From a virus (taxonomy: Duplodnaviria; Caudoviricetes): a DNA stretch of 41,990 nucleotides. Below the pieces are notes generated by a model. The model did no database searches, was not told the origin of the DNA, and saw only the letters and a list, made by a program, of their open reading frames with translations. Below, one piece after another: positions 7,400-17,227 of the stretch. Position 1 is the first letter of the stretch. Every line of letters begins with the position of its first letter. The stretch lies in the IMG/VR virus record IMGVR_UViG_3300033153_007479, positions 1-41,990 of that record. One strand, written 5' to 3'. The translations under genes were made by a program, and so were the position numbers.

Positions 7400-7768
7400 A
7401 TGGAAACCATGATAGATAACAACATTCTGGTAGCAATTTGTATTTGCTTTTGCCTTGGATGTACGGCAATTGCGTTACTGTTTTATGCAGTAAACAAGAT
7501 TCAAGACAAGCGGGTGGAAGCATTCGGCCAAGGTGCAGAGCTGGTCATGGAGTCACTAAGGCGTGATGGTCGGCTGGCACCGGCAACATTTGACGACAGT
7601 GATATCAAGCCCGAACACATAGACAGTTTTTCTCAAAACGATCCAAAAGATAATCACGAAGAGATAGGTGTCCCAGACATCCTGATTGCCCGGAGTCAGC
7701 AGGCAGCGGAACAAATGAAAAAAGACGAATTAAACAAAGTAATGGGTGAAATGAATGCAAAAATATAA
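7400..7768 (+). CDS. Hypothetical protein with N-terminal TM helix
   Basis: Hydrophobic ILVAICICFCLGCTAIALLFYAV; in operon. Confidence 0.65.
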   Translation: METMIDNNILVAICICFCLGCTAIALLFYAVNKIQDKRVEAFGQGAELVMESLRRDGRLAPATFDDSDIKPEHIDSFSQNDPKDNHEEIGVPDILIARSQQAAEQMKKDELNKVMGEMNAKI

Positions 7769-8288
7769 AGTAGGTTGCCCGACATGTTGCGGGTCATTCG
7801 TAGAAACAAACGGGAAGTTCGACAGGAAACAGCTTGCACATGAGTCAATGATTGACGTATTGCCGGAGTTTGCTGGGGTACTGCCAAAGATTGACCTAAA
7901 ATGTCCTTCTTGTGGTGGATTCTTGACTATTAACGCTCGATTCAGCCGGTTACAGCCGTTTGGTAATGTTGGCGATGAGCCGGAAGAGGTTGTCAAGCCT
8001 GTTGTCCTGTATCCATCAGTTGATAATTCTAAAGAATTTGATGAACTCAAGAAAGCCAACGAGGAGTTGCTTGCCAAGATTGCAGAGCTTGAGTCTGATA
8101 AGGATGCAGAGCCGTATCAGGAGCCTGAAACATGTGATATAAACACAGAGATTCCTGAATCACTACCAGGGGAAGGCGACCGGGTAATCTGCCCTACATG
8201 TAAAAAAGAAATGCACCCAGGGTCATATCAGCGTCATTACCTGACCCAGCACATTGACCCGGTCGTCAATGCCGCAGCCAAGGCGTAA
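7755..8288 (+). CDS. Zinc-finger protein (CxxC pairs plus C2H2-like C-terminus)
   Basis: CPTC, CPSC, CPTC...HYLTQH. Confidence 0.7.
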   Translation: MQKYKVGCPTCCGSFVETNGKFDRKQLAHESMIDVLPEFAGVLPKIDLKCPSCGGFLTINARFSRLQPFGNVGDEPEEVVKPVVLYPSVDNSKEFDELKKANEELLAKIAELESDKDAEPYQEPETCDINTEIPESLPGEGDRVICPTCKKEMHPGSYQRHYLTQHIDPVVNAAAKA

Positions 8289-8291
8289 TAA

Positions 8292-10130
8292 ATGCGACTG
8301 CTCAACTACGATGATTTTGATATAACCAAGCCACCAGCCCCTGGTCATGAAGACGTGGGACCGTGGGCTTGGGAGCTGTTTGAGTTGTCGATGTCATGGC
8401 GTGATGACGAGCTGAATATGGCCGATGTATGGCGGGCTAATCACCTGCTATTCCGTGGAAACCACTGGGGTCGTCGTAAGCAAAAAAACGACATTACAAT
8501 TGGGTTGAATTTTTCCAATATTCAGCGGACGGTTGCAAATATCGTTTCTAAGTCGCCGATTGCAGAGGTCATTGACTTAGACGGGGAGAATGCAGAGTAT
8601 GCAGCTGTAGCCAATGCCAAGATAAAAAAATGGTGGTTGGACAGCAAACAGCTCTCAAAATTACGATCCTCGGTCTTGAATTGTGAGATTTATGGGATTA
8701 CATGGGAAAAGTCTGTATGGAATGTGCTGGCAGGTGAACCGAAAACGGTCATTTGCGATCCATACGCAATTTTCCCATATCCTGGATATTATGAGGATAT
8801 GTCCGCAGATTGCCCGGCTATCTGTCACGCAACGGCGGAAGATCCGGCAGTAGTTCAGAAGCAATACAACACCACAGAAGAAATTGACATTTCAGACACT
8901 TATACGCTGCTTGGCGGAGAGCGTGAGGAAACAATAGGAGATTCAACTTTTGGAGTCGGGCGCAACACCTCGGCCATTGCCGGTCACAGTATAGAGCCTA
9001 TCTCCTCTCGGTCTCTCGGCAATAGGGGTGAGCGAGCGTTGAAGGTTGAGGTATGGATAAGGGACACCACCGGCAACTTTCCTGGAGGTATCCGGGTTAT
9101 CACGGTAACCAACGAGGGAAAACTTGTTCTCTCTGACCTGCCAAACCCGAATATTAACCAAGCATTTTCACCAGATATCCAAGAAAATAACTATTTGTAC
9201 AGGCGTTTTCCGTTTTACAAGAACAACAGTTACACAGATACAACCTCTATTTTTGGGTTTTCAGCAGCGGAACAAACAGCACAGCTTAATATAAAAATTG
9301 ATGAGCTTATGTCCAGGCTGGTTGATTATGCAATGCGTGCAATGACCGGGATATTGATTATCCCAGAGACGGCGGCAATCCCGCTCAAGGCCGTTGATTC
9401 AAGGCCGGGGCTGGTACTGAGACCAAAGACAGATGCTGGTGGTGCCGGGATAAGGTTCGTCCCCCTGCCTAACCCACCGCAATCATTGTTTCAAATTCTT
9501 GATTTACTGATCAACCTGCATGACCGGGTACACGCCATTGAGGATGTAGATCGTGGGGAAGCTCCACAAGGGGTAACGGCAGCCAGCGCAATTGTGGCGA
9601 TGCAGGAGCGTAATGCAGCTTTGATTCAGTATAAGATTGATGCAACAGACGCAATGGTTGCCAATCGGGGCAAAGGCTGGTTAGCACTGCAACAGATGCA
9701 CGGTCACACAGAGAGCAGCATTAAAGTAAATGACGTGGCTGTTCCCTTCCAGGGCGACATGCTGGCGGGAATGGAATTTGACTATATAGTTGAGTCTGGT
9801 TCATCTATCGCAAAAACCAGCGTACAGATTGAGGAGCAGGCCGTGGGGCTGGCGCAACAAGGATTCATTGACCAGCAGGCGTTGCTTGAGACTCTGAATT
9901 TTCCTAACAGTGGCGAGATTATAGAGCGTATGGGCGAAGACATGTTAGGTCAAGCTATGCAAATCCTTGTACAGGCCGGAATGCCGGAGGATCTTGTCCC
10001 CCAGATGATAGAAACTTTACAGCAAGCACAGGGCGGCCCAGGAAACAGGCCGGATCAGCAGGCAGTGAACCAGCAGAAGAGCGCGCAGCCGCAACCTGGG
10101 ATACCTAAAGCACAGCAAGGGACTATTTGA
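8292..10130 (+). CDS. Portal protein (P22-like podovirus type)
   Basis: 612 aa after terL; GVTAASAI motif region; Q/P-rich tail. Confidence 0.85.
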   Translation: MRLLNYDDFDITKPPAPGHEDVGPWAWELFELSMSWRDDELNMADVWRANHLLFRGNHWGRRKQKNDITIGLNFSNIQRTVANIVSKSPIAEVIDLDGENAEYAAVANAKIKKWWLDSKQLSKLRSSVLNCEIYGITWEKSVWNVLAGEPKTVICDPYAIFPYPGYYEDMSADCPAICHATAEDPAVVQKQYNTTEEIDISDTYTLLGGEREETIGDSTFGVGRNTSAIAGHSIEPISSRSLGNRGERALKVEVWIRDTTGNFPGGIRVITVTNEGKLVLSDLPNPNINQAFSPDIQENNYLYRRFPFYKNNSYTDTTSIFGFSAAEQTAQLNIKIDELMSRLVDYAMRAMTGILIIPETAAIPLKAVDSRPGLVLRPKTDAGGAGIRFVPLPNPPQSLFQILDLLINLHDRVHAIEDVDRGEAPQGVTAASAIVAMQERNAALIQYKIDATDAMVANRGKGWLALQQMHGHTESSIKVNDVAVPFQGDMLAGMEFDYIVESGSSIAKTSVQIEEQAVGLAQQGFIDQQALLETLNFPNSGEIIERMGEDMLGQAMQILVQAGMPEDLVPQMIETLQQAQGGPGNRPDQQAVNQQKSAQPQPGIPKAQQGTI

Positions 10131-10327
10131 TCATGAAAGATGAAAAGGAACGGTTGATGGTTGGATTATGTGTTCAGTGTGGATATTTTGCACATAATAT
10201 TTGCTACAGGTATCCGCCTAAAATTCAAAGAACTAAAAAATCTCCAAATTATGTAATGGAAGATATATGGACGAGACCAGAAGTTAAATCGAAAGATTTT
10301 TGCGGAGAATGGGTGAAGGGTAATTAA
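10127..10327 (+). CDS. Small Cys-rich phage protein
   Basis: CVQC..C.RYPP..RPEV...DFCGEW. Confidence 0.65.
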   Translation: MIMKDEKERLMVGLCVQCGYFAHNICYRYPPKIQRTKKSPNYVMEDIWTRPEVKSKDFCGEWVKGN

Positions 10328-10329
10328 CT

Positions 10330-10599
10330 ATGCCACTTTATGGATACAAATGCACACACTGCACCCACGAACAGGATGAAGTGCTATCTATCAGCCACCG
10401 CAACGATACAGTAATTTGTCACCGTTGTGAGCGCTTTACCACTCGTCAAATAGAGGCACAGATACAGAGAGTCGAGCCTACCTGGTTGCCGGAAGCCGTG
10501 CAACACGCAGTGCCGCAAGGCTCAGACGTGCGCAGGCCAACAGACCGTAACGAATTTAATAAATATTTGAAAGACAACCAAGTTGACATGATTGGTTAA
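10330..10599 (+). CDS. FmdB-like zinc-ribbon protein
   Basis: MPLYGYKCTHC...CHRC; this family is commonly found between portal and scaffold. Confidence 0.8.
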   Translation: MPLYGYKCTHCTHEQDEVLSISHRNDTVICHRCERFTTRQIEAQIQRVEPTWLPEAVQHAVPQGSDVRRPTDRNEFNKYLKDNQVDMIG

Positions 10600-10610
10600 A
10601 CAACCGAACC

Positions 10611-10676
10611 GGCGGACACCCTATAGACAGGCCGTCACAACAGTTTGTCAGGGATACCTTGCAACGCAAGCCCTGA
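10611..10676 (+). promoter_or_regulatory. Tandem bulged hairpins in the scaffold leader
   Basis: GGCGG-ACAC-CCT/AGG-CCGTC and TCAGGG-ATAC-CTTGC/GCAAG-CCCTGA. Confidence 0.55.
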
Positions 10677-10691
10677 GCGGAGAGTAGAACC

Positions 10692-11474
10692 ATGGCAAAA
10701 ACCACAAGCGGATCAATGCACGCAGATGATATTCTGGAAAACCAACCGGACACCCAGGCAAAGTCTGAACCGGAAGCAAAACCAGAGTCTTATGGCGGCG
10801 GCAAGTACAAGAGCGCAGGTGATCTTGATAAAGCGTATGGGGAACTATCCTCAAAGTTTGATTCCCAGGGCGGAGAGATTGGAGAGCTGCGAAAGCAGAA
10901 TCAAGATTTAACCGGACAACTTCTTGATCAGGGCAAGCAGGCAGATAAGGCAATTGTTCAGGCAGAGGATGCACCACCACCAACCGACTACGAAAAGATG
11001 CAAAGAGATATTGCACAACGGGTAGATGACGGGGATATAGACGTAGGGGAAGCATTGCAGGAAAGCAACGCCCTTACCGCTCAAATGGTGCAGGAAAACG
11101 CCCAAGTACAAATTGACGGAGCTATGGGTAAGGCGCAGGAAAAGTTCCAGCAGACATTGCTGGAACGAGATAATCAGGCGACTTACGACAAGTTTAATGA
11201 CGACAACCCGGAGTTTGCAGTAATGCAGGAGGACGGGACACTCGCTAAAATTCGGGCTGAAAACCCGATGCACGATGATTTTTCAGCGTACTTCCAGGCT
11301 AAGGCCGGGGTGGCACACGCTGCCGGAATGGCTGAACAGGCTAAAATTAACGCAGGTTCCGAGACAGCCGGACAGGTTTCGGCAGATCCAGGAACTGCGA
11401 TGCAAACACCACCCAAGAAACCAGTGGGCGAGGCTGCCGTAAAAGCCTCTATGCTGGCGGCAATGGGCGGATAA
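10692..11474 (+). CDS. Capsid scaffolding protein
   Basis: GKYKSAGDLDKAYGELSSKF..QGGEIGELRK; acidic and helical; precedes the capsid gene. Confidence 0.85.
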   Translation: MAKTTSGSMHADDILENQPDTQAKSEPEAKPESYGGGKYKSAGDLDKAYGELSSKFDSQGGEIGELRKQNQDLTGQLLDQGKQADKAIVQAEDAPPPTDYEKMQRDIAQRVDDGDIDVGEALQESNALTAQMVQENAQVQIDGAMGKAQEKFQQTLLERDNQATYDKFNDDNPEFAVMQEDGTLAKIRAENPMHDDFSAYFQAKAGVAHAAGMAEQAKINAGSETAGQVSADPGTAMQTPPKKPVGEAAVKASMLAAMGG

Positions 11475-11489
11475 CCATAGAGGTACACA

Positions 11490-12464
11490 ATGGCTCTTGA
11501 TCTTGACCAGCTAAACGCGGTCACTTTTGACTATTACAAAAATCGAACCACGGATATTTTTTTCCGTGAAAGCATCATGCTTTACCTGCTTATGGGTAGC
11601 GGCAAGATGGAACTTAACCTTATCACCGGCAAAGATCTTGTTGACGGTGGTGTAAAAATCCGTGAATTCCTTGAATATGCGCGGGCAAACGTCAGTACTT
11701 ACGGCAACTCTTCTACCATCGACACCAGCAAGCGTGATATCCTTAACGCAGCCCGGTTCGGTTGGTCTGGTTACGTTGCAAGTAACACGATTGATCTTGA
11801 CGAACAAACCCAGAACAGCGGTAAGGCTGCGCTGGTAGACCTCATCTATGCAAAAATGAAGAATATCGAGAAGTCCATTCGTGATTACATGGGCGCCGGG
11901 ATTTATCTTGGCCGCGCTGCTGATCCTGATGGTTACGGTTTCTCGGGGTTACCTGATCTTTTTAATACAACCACCTCCACTGCTTACGGTGCCATTGCAG
12001 AGGATGACATGGCGGACTGGAAGGCAAACGTGGATACCACAGTGGAAGCTATCACTTACACTGTTATGCAAAAGCTGTTTCGTCTGGCTTCAATCGGGCA
12101 GTCCAAGAGCGCACGGCCAAACCAGATCATTACCACTCAGATTCTGCTTGATGCTTACAAGGCTTCTTTGCAGGTTCAGCAACGGTTCCAGAGCAGCAAG
12201 CTGGTAGAGGCGGGGTTCTCCAACATCCTGCACGATGGTGTACCTATGGTATACGATGACAAGCAAGCTGTAGGCGTTATTGACTGCGTAAATACTCAGT
12301 TTCTCAAGATCAAAACCCATAAGGATTACAATTTCACTAAGCCGAAATGGGAAGCTGATCACCGGGAGCCTGATACACTCACGGCAAATACCAGATGGCG
12401 TGGCGCGTTAGTGACCAGTAACCGCAAAGCACATGCACGCGGTACTGCAAAGACTGCAGCCTGA
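11490..12464 (+). CDS. Major capsid protein
   Basis: 324 aa after the scaffold; strong GAGGT RBS; capsid-like segments (GFSGL, IITTQ, AGFSNILHDGVPMVYD). Confidence 0.88.
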   Translation: MALDLDQLNAVTFDYYKNRTTDIFFRESIMLYLLMGSGKMELNLITGKDLVDGGVKIREFLEYARANVSTYGNSSTIDTSKRDILNAARFGWSGYVASNTIDLDEQTQNSGKAALVDLIYAKMKNIEKSIRDYMGAGIYLGRAADPDGYGFSGLPDLFNTTTSTAYGAIAEDDMADWKANVDTTVEAITYTVMQKLFRLASIGQSKSARPNQIITTQILLDAYKASLQVQQRFQSSKLVEAGFSNILHDGVPMVYDDKQAVGVIDCVNTQFLKIKTHKDYNFTKPKWEADHREPDTLTANTRWRGALVTSNRKAHARGTAKTAA

Positions 12465-12471
12465 TTATAGC

Positions 12472-12502
12472 CGGGAAGGGGTGAAAGCCTTCCCGCTACT
12501 TT
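12472..12502 (+). terminator. Hairpin after the capsid gene (weak terminator or mRNA stabiliser)
   Basis: CGGGAAGG-GGTGAAAG-CCTTCCCG followed by CTACTTT. Confidence 0.5.
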
Positions 12503-12525
12503 AATATTACAAGAGGTAACTATTC

Positions 12526-12873
12526 ATGTTTCCGACAAAAACTGATTTTTCAATCACTGGAACCACCAGTGAAACCGTACATCAAATTTTAGTACCGTGC
12601 CGCTGCACAGTTCAATCAATCCAGGCTACTCCCTCAGCAGATCCGGGCGACGCCGAAACCATTACTATTGCCCAGGGTTCAGATGATATCGGTGTCCTGA
12701 CTTTCGGTAGTGACATTGCAGCCGGGGCAACAGGTACTTATGTTGCGGACTCAACCAACGGCAAGCTGGTTCTGGCCGCCGGTTCGGTTGTCACCCTGAC
12801 CATTACCGCACTGACAGCCGGGGCGGTATTCGCTGGCCATATTGACTTTGACGAGTACGCTCGCACTACATAG
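12526..12873 (+). CDS. Putative capsid decoration or minor virion protein
   Basis: T/A/G-rich, beta-type sequence right after the capsid gene; GAGGT RBS. Confidence 0.6.
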   Translation: MFPTKTDFSITGTTSETVHQILVPCRCTVQSIQATPSADPGDAETITIAQGSDDIGVLTFGSDIAAGATGTYVADSTNGKLVLAAGSVVTLTITALTAGAVFAGHIDFDEYARTT

Positions 12874-12884
12874 GAGGTGACCTA

Positions 12885-13124
12885 ATGGCTTTTACTTACA
12901 CACGAAACGCTAATACCGTTATCGGTAACAAGCGGCTGGCTACCGGGACATTTACCCAGGGCAACGGCGATACCGGCGGAGATATTGATACTGGGTTGGA
13001 AAATGTTGAATCCTTCCAGTCCAACGCCTGTTTATCATCTTCTGATTCTTCCGGCACTGTAACTATGGTGACCGCTGATCCTACCGGAGCACAAACCGGG
13101 TACTGGCAGGCAATAGGACTGTAA
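12885..13124 (+). CDS. Small virion protein
   Basis: GGAGGT RBS; TGGDIDTGL...WQAIG. Confidence 0.65.
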   Translation: MAFTYTRNANTVIGNKRLATGTFTQGNGDTGGDIDTGLENVESFQSNACLSSSDSSGTVTMVTADPTGAQTGYWQAIGL

Positions 13125-13792
13125 TGGACATCGAAAGCCTTGTAATTGAGGTAATGTCAACCACCTTGACCCCTGATGTCGATGAAGAGGCAACTCTTGT
13201 TTTTCTCAATCAGGGGATGGTGGCGATTGCAGGGGGCGGTAACCGGCCATATCCGTTACCGCCCGTTGCTCCTCTTCCAGACTTGATGACTATTGGTACG
13301 GTAACAGCCACAGTTGATGGTGGCTCGGTTGCTTTACCTTCTAATTTTCAGCGCAGTGTTATTTCTGTGATTAATTCCAGTGGTCAGGAACTTAACCGGA
13401 TTGATTCATATATTGATTTCGTCCAACGGTATCCGAAGTTGGAAGCTGGAAGTATCGAATCCTATTGTGTTCGTGGTCGCAACCTGTATTACGCTCCATC
13501 AAAGGCCGAAGATTTGACCGTCCATTATTATCACAAGCCGGTTGACATGGCTGTTGCAGGGGCGGAGCCAGATGGTTTGCCAGAAGAATTCCATATTTCT
13601 GTACTCTGCGCCTACGCATGTTGGCGTACTTACAAAAAGATAGAGCGAGGCGAAGAGGGCCGAACTCCAAATATTAATTTATGGAATAGCGAATACATGA
13701 ACGGTTTAACCGACCTTGAACGACACCTCGGCCCGGAAGATGCCAGGCCACAACAGATCGGTGACGCTGCTCACTACATTGAAGGGGGATAA
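13124..13792 (+). CDS. Head-tail adaptor / tail tubular protein A-like
   Basis: FLNQG..., LPSNF, LYYAP, LPEEFH..L..YA pattern; position. Confidence 0.7.
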   Translation: MDIESLVIEVMSTTLTPDVDEEATLVFLNQGMVAIAGGGNRPYPLPPVAPLPDLMTIGTVTATVDGGSVALPSNFQRSVISVINSSGQELNRIDSYIDFVQRYPKLEAGSIESYCVRGRNLYYAPSKAEDLTVHYYHKPVDMAVAGAEPDGLPEEFHISVLCAYACWRTYKKIERGEEGRTPNINLWNSEYMNGLTDLERHLGPEDARPQQIGDAAHYIEGG

Positions 13793-13794
13793 TT

Positions 13795-13920
13795 ATGCTT
13801 GAATGGTACGGAACAACGCACGCTTTACCAGATATTTTGACAAAAAAACGCAATATGGAGCAGTCACTTGACTTGTTCCAGTTACTTTCTGATCCTGTTC
13901 GACGGATTGTGTTTGGGTAA
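13795..13920 (+). CDS. 41-aa hypothetical protein, below the ORF-track cutoff
   Basis: MLEWYGTTHALPDILTKKRNMEQSLDLFQLLSDPVRRIVFG*; fills the gap exactly; TAATG coupling to the next gene. Confidence 0.55.
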   Translation: MLEWYGTTHALPDILTKKRNMEQSLDLFQLLSDPVRRIVFG

Positions 13921-14864
13921 TGGCAAGCGTAAGAATCTATTCCGGCGCATCCGGGCTCAATAACAAGGTCGCTGCCCATCGCCTGCCGTTTGACGCAAAG
14001 TCAGGCGTGGCCGGGTTGGAAGCTGCTTATAATGTTGTTATCGACAAGACCGGCGAAGTAGTAACCAGGCGTGGAACAAAGCAGGTGGTAGCGGGGTCGT
14101 TTCATTCCTTTTGTCCGTTTCGCGAGTCTTTTTTTGTTGTGCAGGATCACCCGGAAAGTAATTATTCAGCTCTTTACCGTGGGTTGGTTGATGCAGATGG
14201 AGCGGTAACTCTCCATGGTATCCGTGACGGTTTGTCATTTGGCGCAAATATGAGTTATTGCGAGGTTGCCGGAGAAGTTTATTATATGAACGGATCCAAC
14301 CTTGGCAAGACAGACGGCGAAACATCTTCTCCATGGCCGGTAAGTGTGCCAATGCGTGAAACCGAAGCTGAGATGGTCGCTACCTTTGCCGGGATTCACC
14401 TTGATATACTGGCCGGTAATTTTATCTTTGCGAAAGATAACGAGGTTCATTTTACAGAATATGGGTTGTGGGGGCTGGTTCGGTCGGCAACCGCTCGGCG
14501 CAGATTTGAGAGCAGAGTTTTGATGGTATGCGCTGTTCAGTCTGGCGCCTATGTATCCGATGAACATGGTGTTTGGTTTCTTCAAGGCAATGACCCGTAT
14601 AAGTGGCAGGCAAGGAAGGTGTTAAACTACCCGGCTAAAGAATTTTGCCGAGTACCTGGTTTAATAGATCCGTCCAGTGTTGGACTTGAAACAAACCAGC
14701 TCTCTGTAATGTTCGGCACTGTTCGTGGCCCCGTGGTCGGATTGCCAGATGGAACAGCAGTAAATTTAATAGACAAAGCAGTGACCATGCCTACCAGTTG
14801 TGGCGGGAGCCAAGGCGGTATGATGGTTGTTGACAGTTTAATCATACAATCAAACGAGGTATAG
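13920..14864 (+). CDS. Tail nozzle / stabilisation-like beta-propeller protein
   Basis: GLNN...AYNVVIDKTGEVVTRRG N-terminus typical of podovirus nozzle proteins. Confidence 0.6.
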   Translation: MASVRIYSGASGLNNKVAAHRLPFDAKSGVAGLEAAYNVVIDKTGEVVTRRGTKQVVAGSFHSFCPFRESFFVVQDHPESNYSALYRGLVDADGAVTLHGIRDGLSFGANMSYCEVAGEVYYMNGSNLGKTDGETSSPWPVSVPMRETEAEMVATFAGIHLDILAGNFIFAKDNEVHFTEYGLWGLVRSATARRRFESRVLMVCAVQSGAYVSDEHGVWFLQGNDPYKWQARKVLNYPAKEFCRVPGLIDPSSVGLETNQLSVMFGTVRGPVVGLPDGTAVNLIDKAVTMPTSCGGSQGGMMVVDSLIIQSNEV

Positions 14865-14866
14865 CA

Positions 14867-15619
14867 ATGGCATGGAATCTAAGCACGCAATGTGCAAAAT
14901 ATCTACTCTCAAGTCCAGCAGAAGTAAAAAATAAAACAGCAGCAATCACTATTTCAATGGGTGATGGAGACGGTACTGGTGGCAATGACACCATAAACGA
15001 CACCGGCACTGATCTTGTAAAATTTAAAGTTGGAGCATTTGTCAAAATTCAATCAGAGGATGCAAACGACACCGTTCTTGCAAAAGTTCTTATTTCCACA
15101 GCAGGAACACTTGATGTGGCAGCCGGAACTTTTACCGCAGTAGCAGCCGGTAGCATTATTTCAATTGTGGAATATGATCTTGGCGGCGCACTTGCTGAAA
15201 TCCTGCGTAACTGTACAATTCATTTATTTGCAGAAGTAAGACCCTCAGCCGGGGCAGATGCAACTGAACCTGGTTCAGTTCTTGCCAAAATTACGCTAAA
15301 TGGCGGCACGTTCGTAGCGGGGGAGGCGACCAACGGGCTGAACATGGGAGAGCTTGATGGCTCAACCCTTAAACGTGCAGTTGATCCTGCAACAGCATTA
15401 ACTGAGATATGGAAGGGCGCGGGGTTAATCGCCGGCAGTGCGTCATCTTGCCGTATTTACGCCAACGACCTAACCACAGGTGTGGTCACGGACAAGGCAA
15501 GGCTTGACGGTACCGTCGCCACGTCCGGGGGCGACTTGACCATGGAAGGTTCTACACAGGTTTCCATCGGGGTTGACGTGATTGTAACAGATGTTGCCTT
15601 TGGTGCTACAGCAGTATAA
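14867..15619 (+). CDS. Virion structural protein
   Basis: IHLFAEVRPS.ADA...LAKITL...RLDGTVATSGGDL; in tail cluster. Confidence 0.6.
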   Translation: MAWNLSTQCAKYLLSSPAEVKNKTAAITISMGDGDGTGGNDTINDTGTDLVKFKVGAFVKIQSEDANDTVLAKVLISTAGTLDVAAGTFTAVAAGSIISIVEYDLGGALAEILRNCTIHLFAEVRPSAGADATEPGSVLAKITLNGGTFVAGEATNGLNMGELDGSTLKRAVDPATALTEIWKGAGLIAGSASSCRIYANDLTTGVVTDKARLDGTVATSGGDLTMEGSTQVSIGVDVIVTDVAFGATAV

Positions 15620-16752
15620 TGGCTATTGTAAATCACTGGACGTTTGACAACGTATCAGGATTAACGATATATGATGATGTCGGGAGCGATGATGGTTATT
15701 TAACCGATCTTGCGGTAGACGCTTCCGGCAAGTTCGATGATTGTGCTTACAGTAATTCTTTCAGTATTGAACGTTACATGTATGCAGGGAGCATCTACTT
15801 CACGAGCCTTTCTTTGTGGATAAAACGAGGCACAGACGGCACAAAAGTTTTTATGCCTCTGACTTCTTACTCGTCAAGTTATCCACTTAAGACTCTGTAT
15901 TCCACAGGTTCAGGTGATTCAAGTCTGTTAAAAGTGAACGGGAACCCAACCGGTTTTACGATTACGGATACCAGTTGGCACCACCTGGTTATGGTGGAGG
16001 GCTCGGATAACGATCACCATTGGATTTATCTGGATGGTGTCAAAAGTTCTACTGAAATAGAAACAGACTTTGGTGGGATTATAGACGTATTTGGAACCTA
16101 CGTTGAGACGGCTGACGTGGGCGTCGGCGGTATAGATAATATTCAGGTCTATGACGATGCTCTCAGTAATTACGAAGTAGAACAATTGTATGTCGCAGCC
16201 GATCAATCAGCCCTGCCAGATTCAAGAGAAATGGCAGGCACTATAGCAATAACAGACGGAATTAGAGCATCAGTCCCGATGTTGTCAGGCGTTACCGGCA
16301 CAATTGCAATAAATGGTGGAATCACAGCAGAGCTTGAAGACAAATTTATATCTGCTATAACCGGTACTATAGCAATCAACGGCGGTTTATCAGCAAGCTC
16401 TACCCCAACGGATATTATTGGCACCATAGCGATTAACGGTGGGATCACAACAGCCGTTATTCAGAAACCAACAATACAGGGCACCATAGCAATCTCAGGT
16501 GGGCTTGATGCTGAATCAGAAGGGATAGCCGCTTCAATTGCGGGGCGAATAGCCATAAGTGGTGGGTTGCGCCTGGAAGAAGTAAAAGCAAAAACAATAG
16601 AAGGAACAATAGCATTAACGGGAAGTATGACCGCAGAAGTACCACGCCCGGCAGAGATTAACGGAACCATAGCCTTAACTGGTGGTTTCACGGTAGGCAG
16701 TACGGCAAGTAGTTGCCGGTTACCTGAATACTCAACAGATAGGTGGGCATAG
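15619..16752 (+). CDS. LamG/concanavalin-like domain plus 8 GTIAI.GG repeats; tail appendage protein
   Basis: HWTFD, SLWIK, WHHLVMV, IYLDG, IDNIQVYDDALS..EVEQLY; repeats in the C-terminal half. Confidence 0.75.
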   Translation: MAIVNHWTFDNVSGLTIYDDVGSDDGYLTDLAVDASGKFDDCAYSNSFSIERYMYAGSIYFTSLSLWIKRGTDGTKVFMPLTSYSSSYPLKTLYSTGSGDSSLLKVNGNPTGFTITDTSWHHLVMVEGSDNDHHWIYLDGVKSSTEIETDFGGIIDVFGTYVETADVGVGGIDNIQVYDDALSNYEVEQLYVAADQSALPDSREMAGTIAITDGIRASVPMLSGVTGTIAINGGITAELEDKFISAITGTIAINGGLSASSTPTDIIGTIAINGGITTAVIQKPTIQGTIAISGGLDAESEGIAASIAGRIAISGGLRLEEVKAKTIEGTIALTGSMTAEVPRPAEINGTIALTGGFTVGSTASSCRLPEYSTDRWA

Positions 16753-17222
16753 TGGGAGCTATAGCAACCCAAGGGCTTATTGGCAGAGCAGGTCAAAAGG
16801 CAACTACAGAGCTTTCCTATAACTATAATTCATTGGTTAATGCTGGAAAGTTTCAATTTGGAGCCAACAGTAATGGAATATACCGGCTCAACACCGGAGA
16901 AGATGACGACGGCACAGCCTATGAGCGTACTTTCACCGTTAATACTTCCGATTACGGCAAAAAAGAACCAAAACAATTCAGATTCCTTTATATCGGATTT
17001 AAAGGTGATAATCCATTTACCGTCTCAGTAAATACCGACGAACAGGGATGGAGAGATTACACCGCAACACCAGGAAAGACAGGGTTGCAGCGTGTACGGG
17101 TGCCAATCGGCAGCAATGCACAAGGAAGGTATTGGAAAGTAAAAATAACCTCAAATTATCGTTTTCGGATTGATGCAATTGGCGGAATGTTCTACGTCAG
17201 GTCAACCGGGATAGGCGGGTAA
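16743..17222 (+). CDS. Tail structural protein
   Basis: TSDYG...KQFRFLYIG...RVPIG...GRYWKVKI resembles the C-terminal domain of nozzle proteins. Confidence 0.55.
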   Translation: MGIVGAIATQGLIGRAGQKATTELSYNYNSLVNAGKFQFGANSNGIYRLNTGEDDDGTAYERTFTVNTSDYGKKEPKQFRFLYIGFKGDNPFTVSVNTDEQGWRDYTATPGKTGLQRVRVPIGSNAQGRYWKVKITSNYRFRIDAIGGMFYVRSTGIGG

Positions 17223-17227
17223 AAGAT

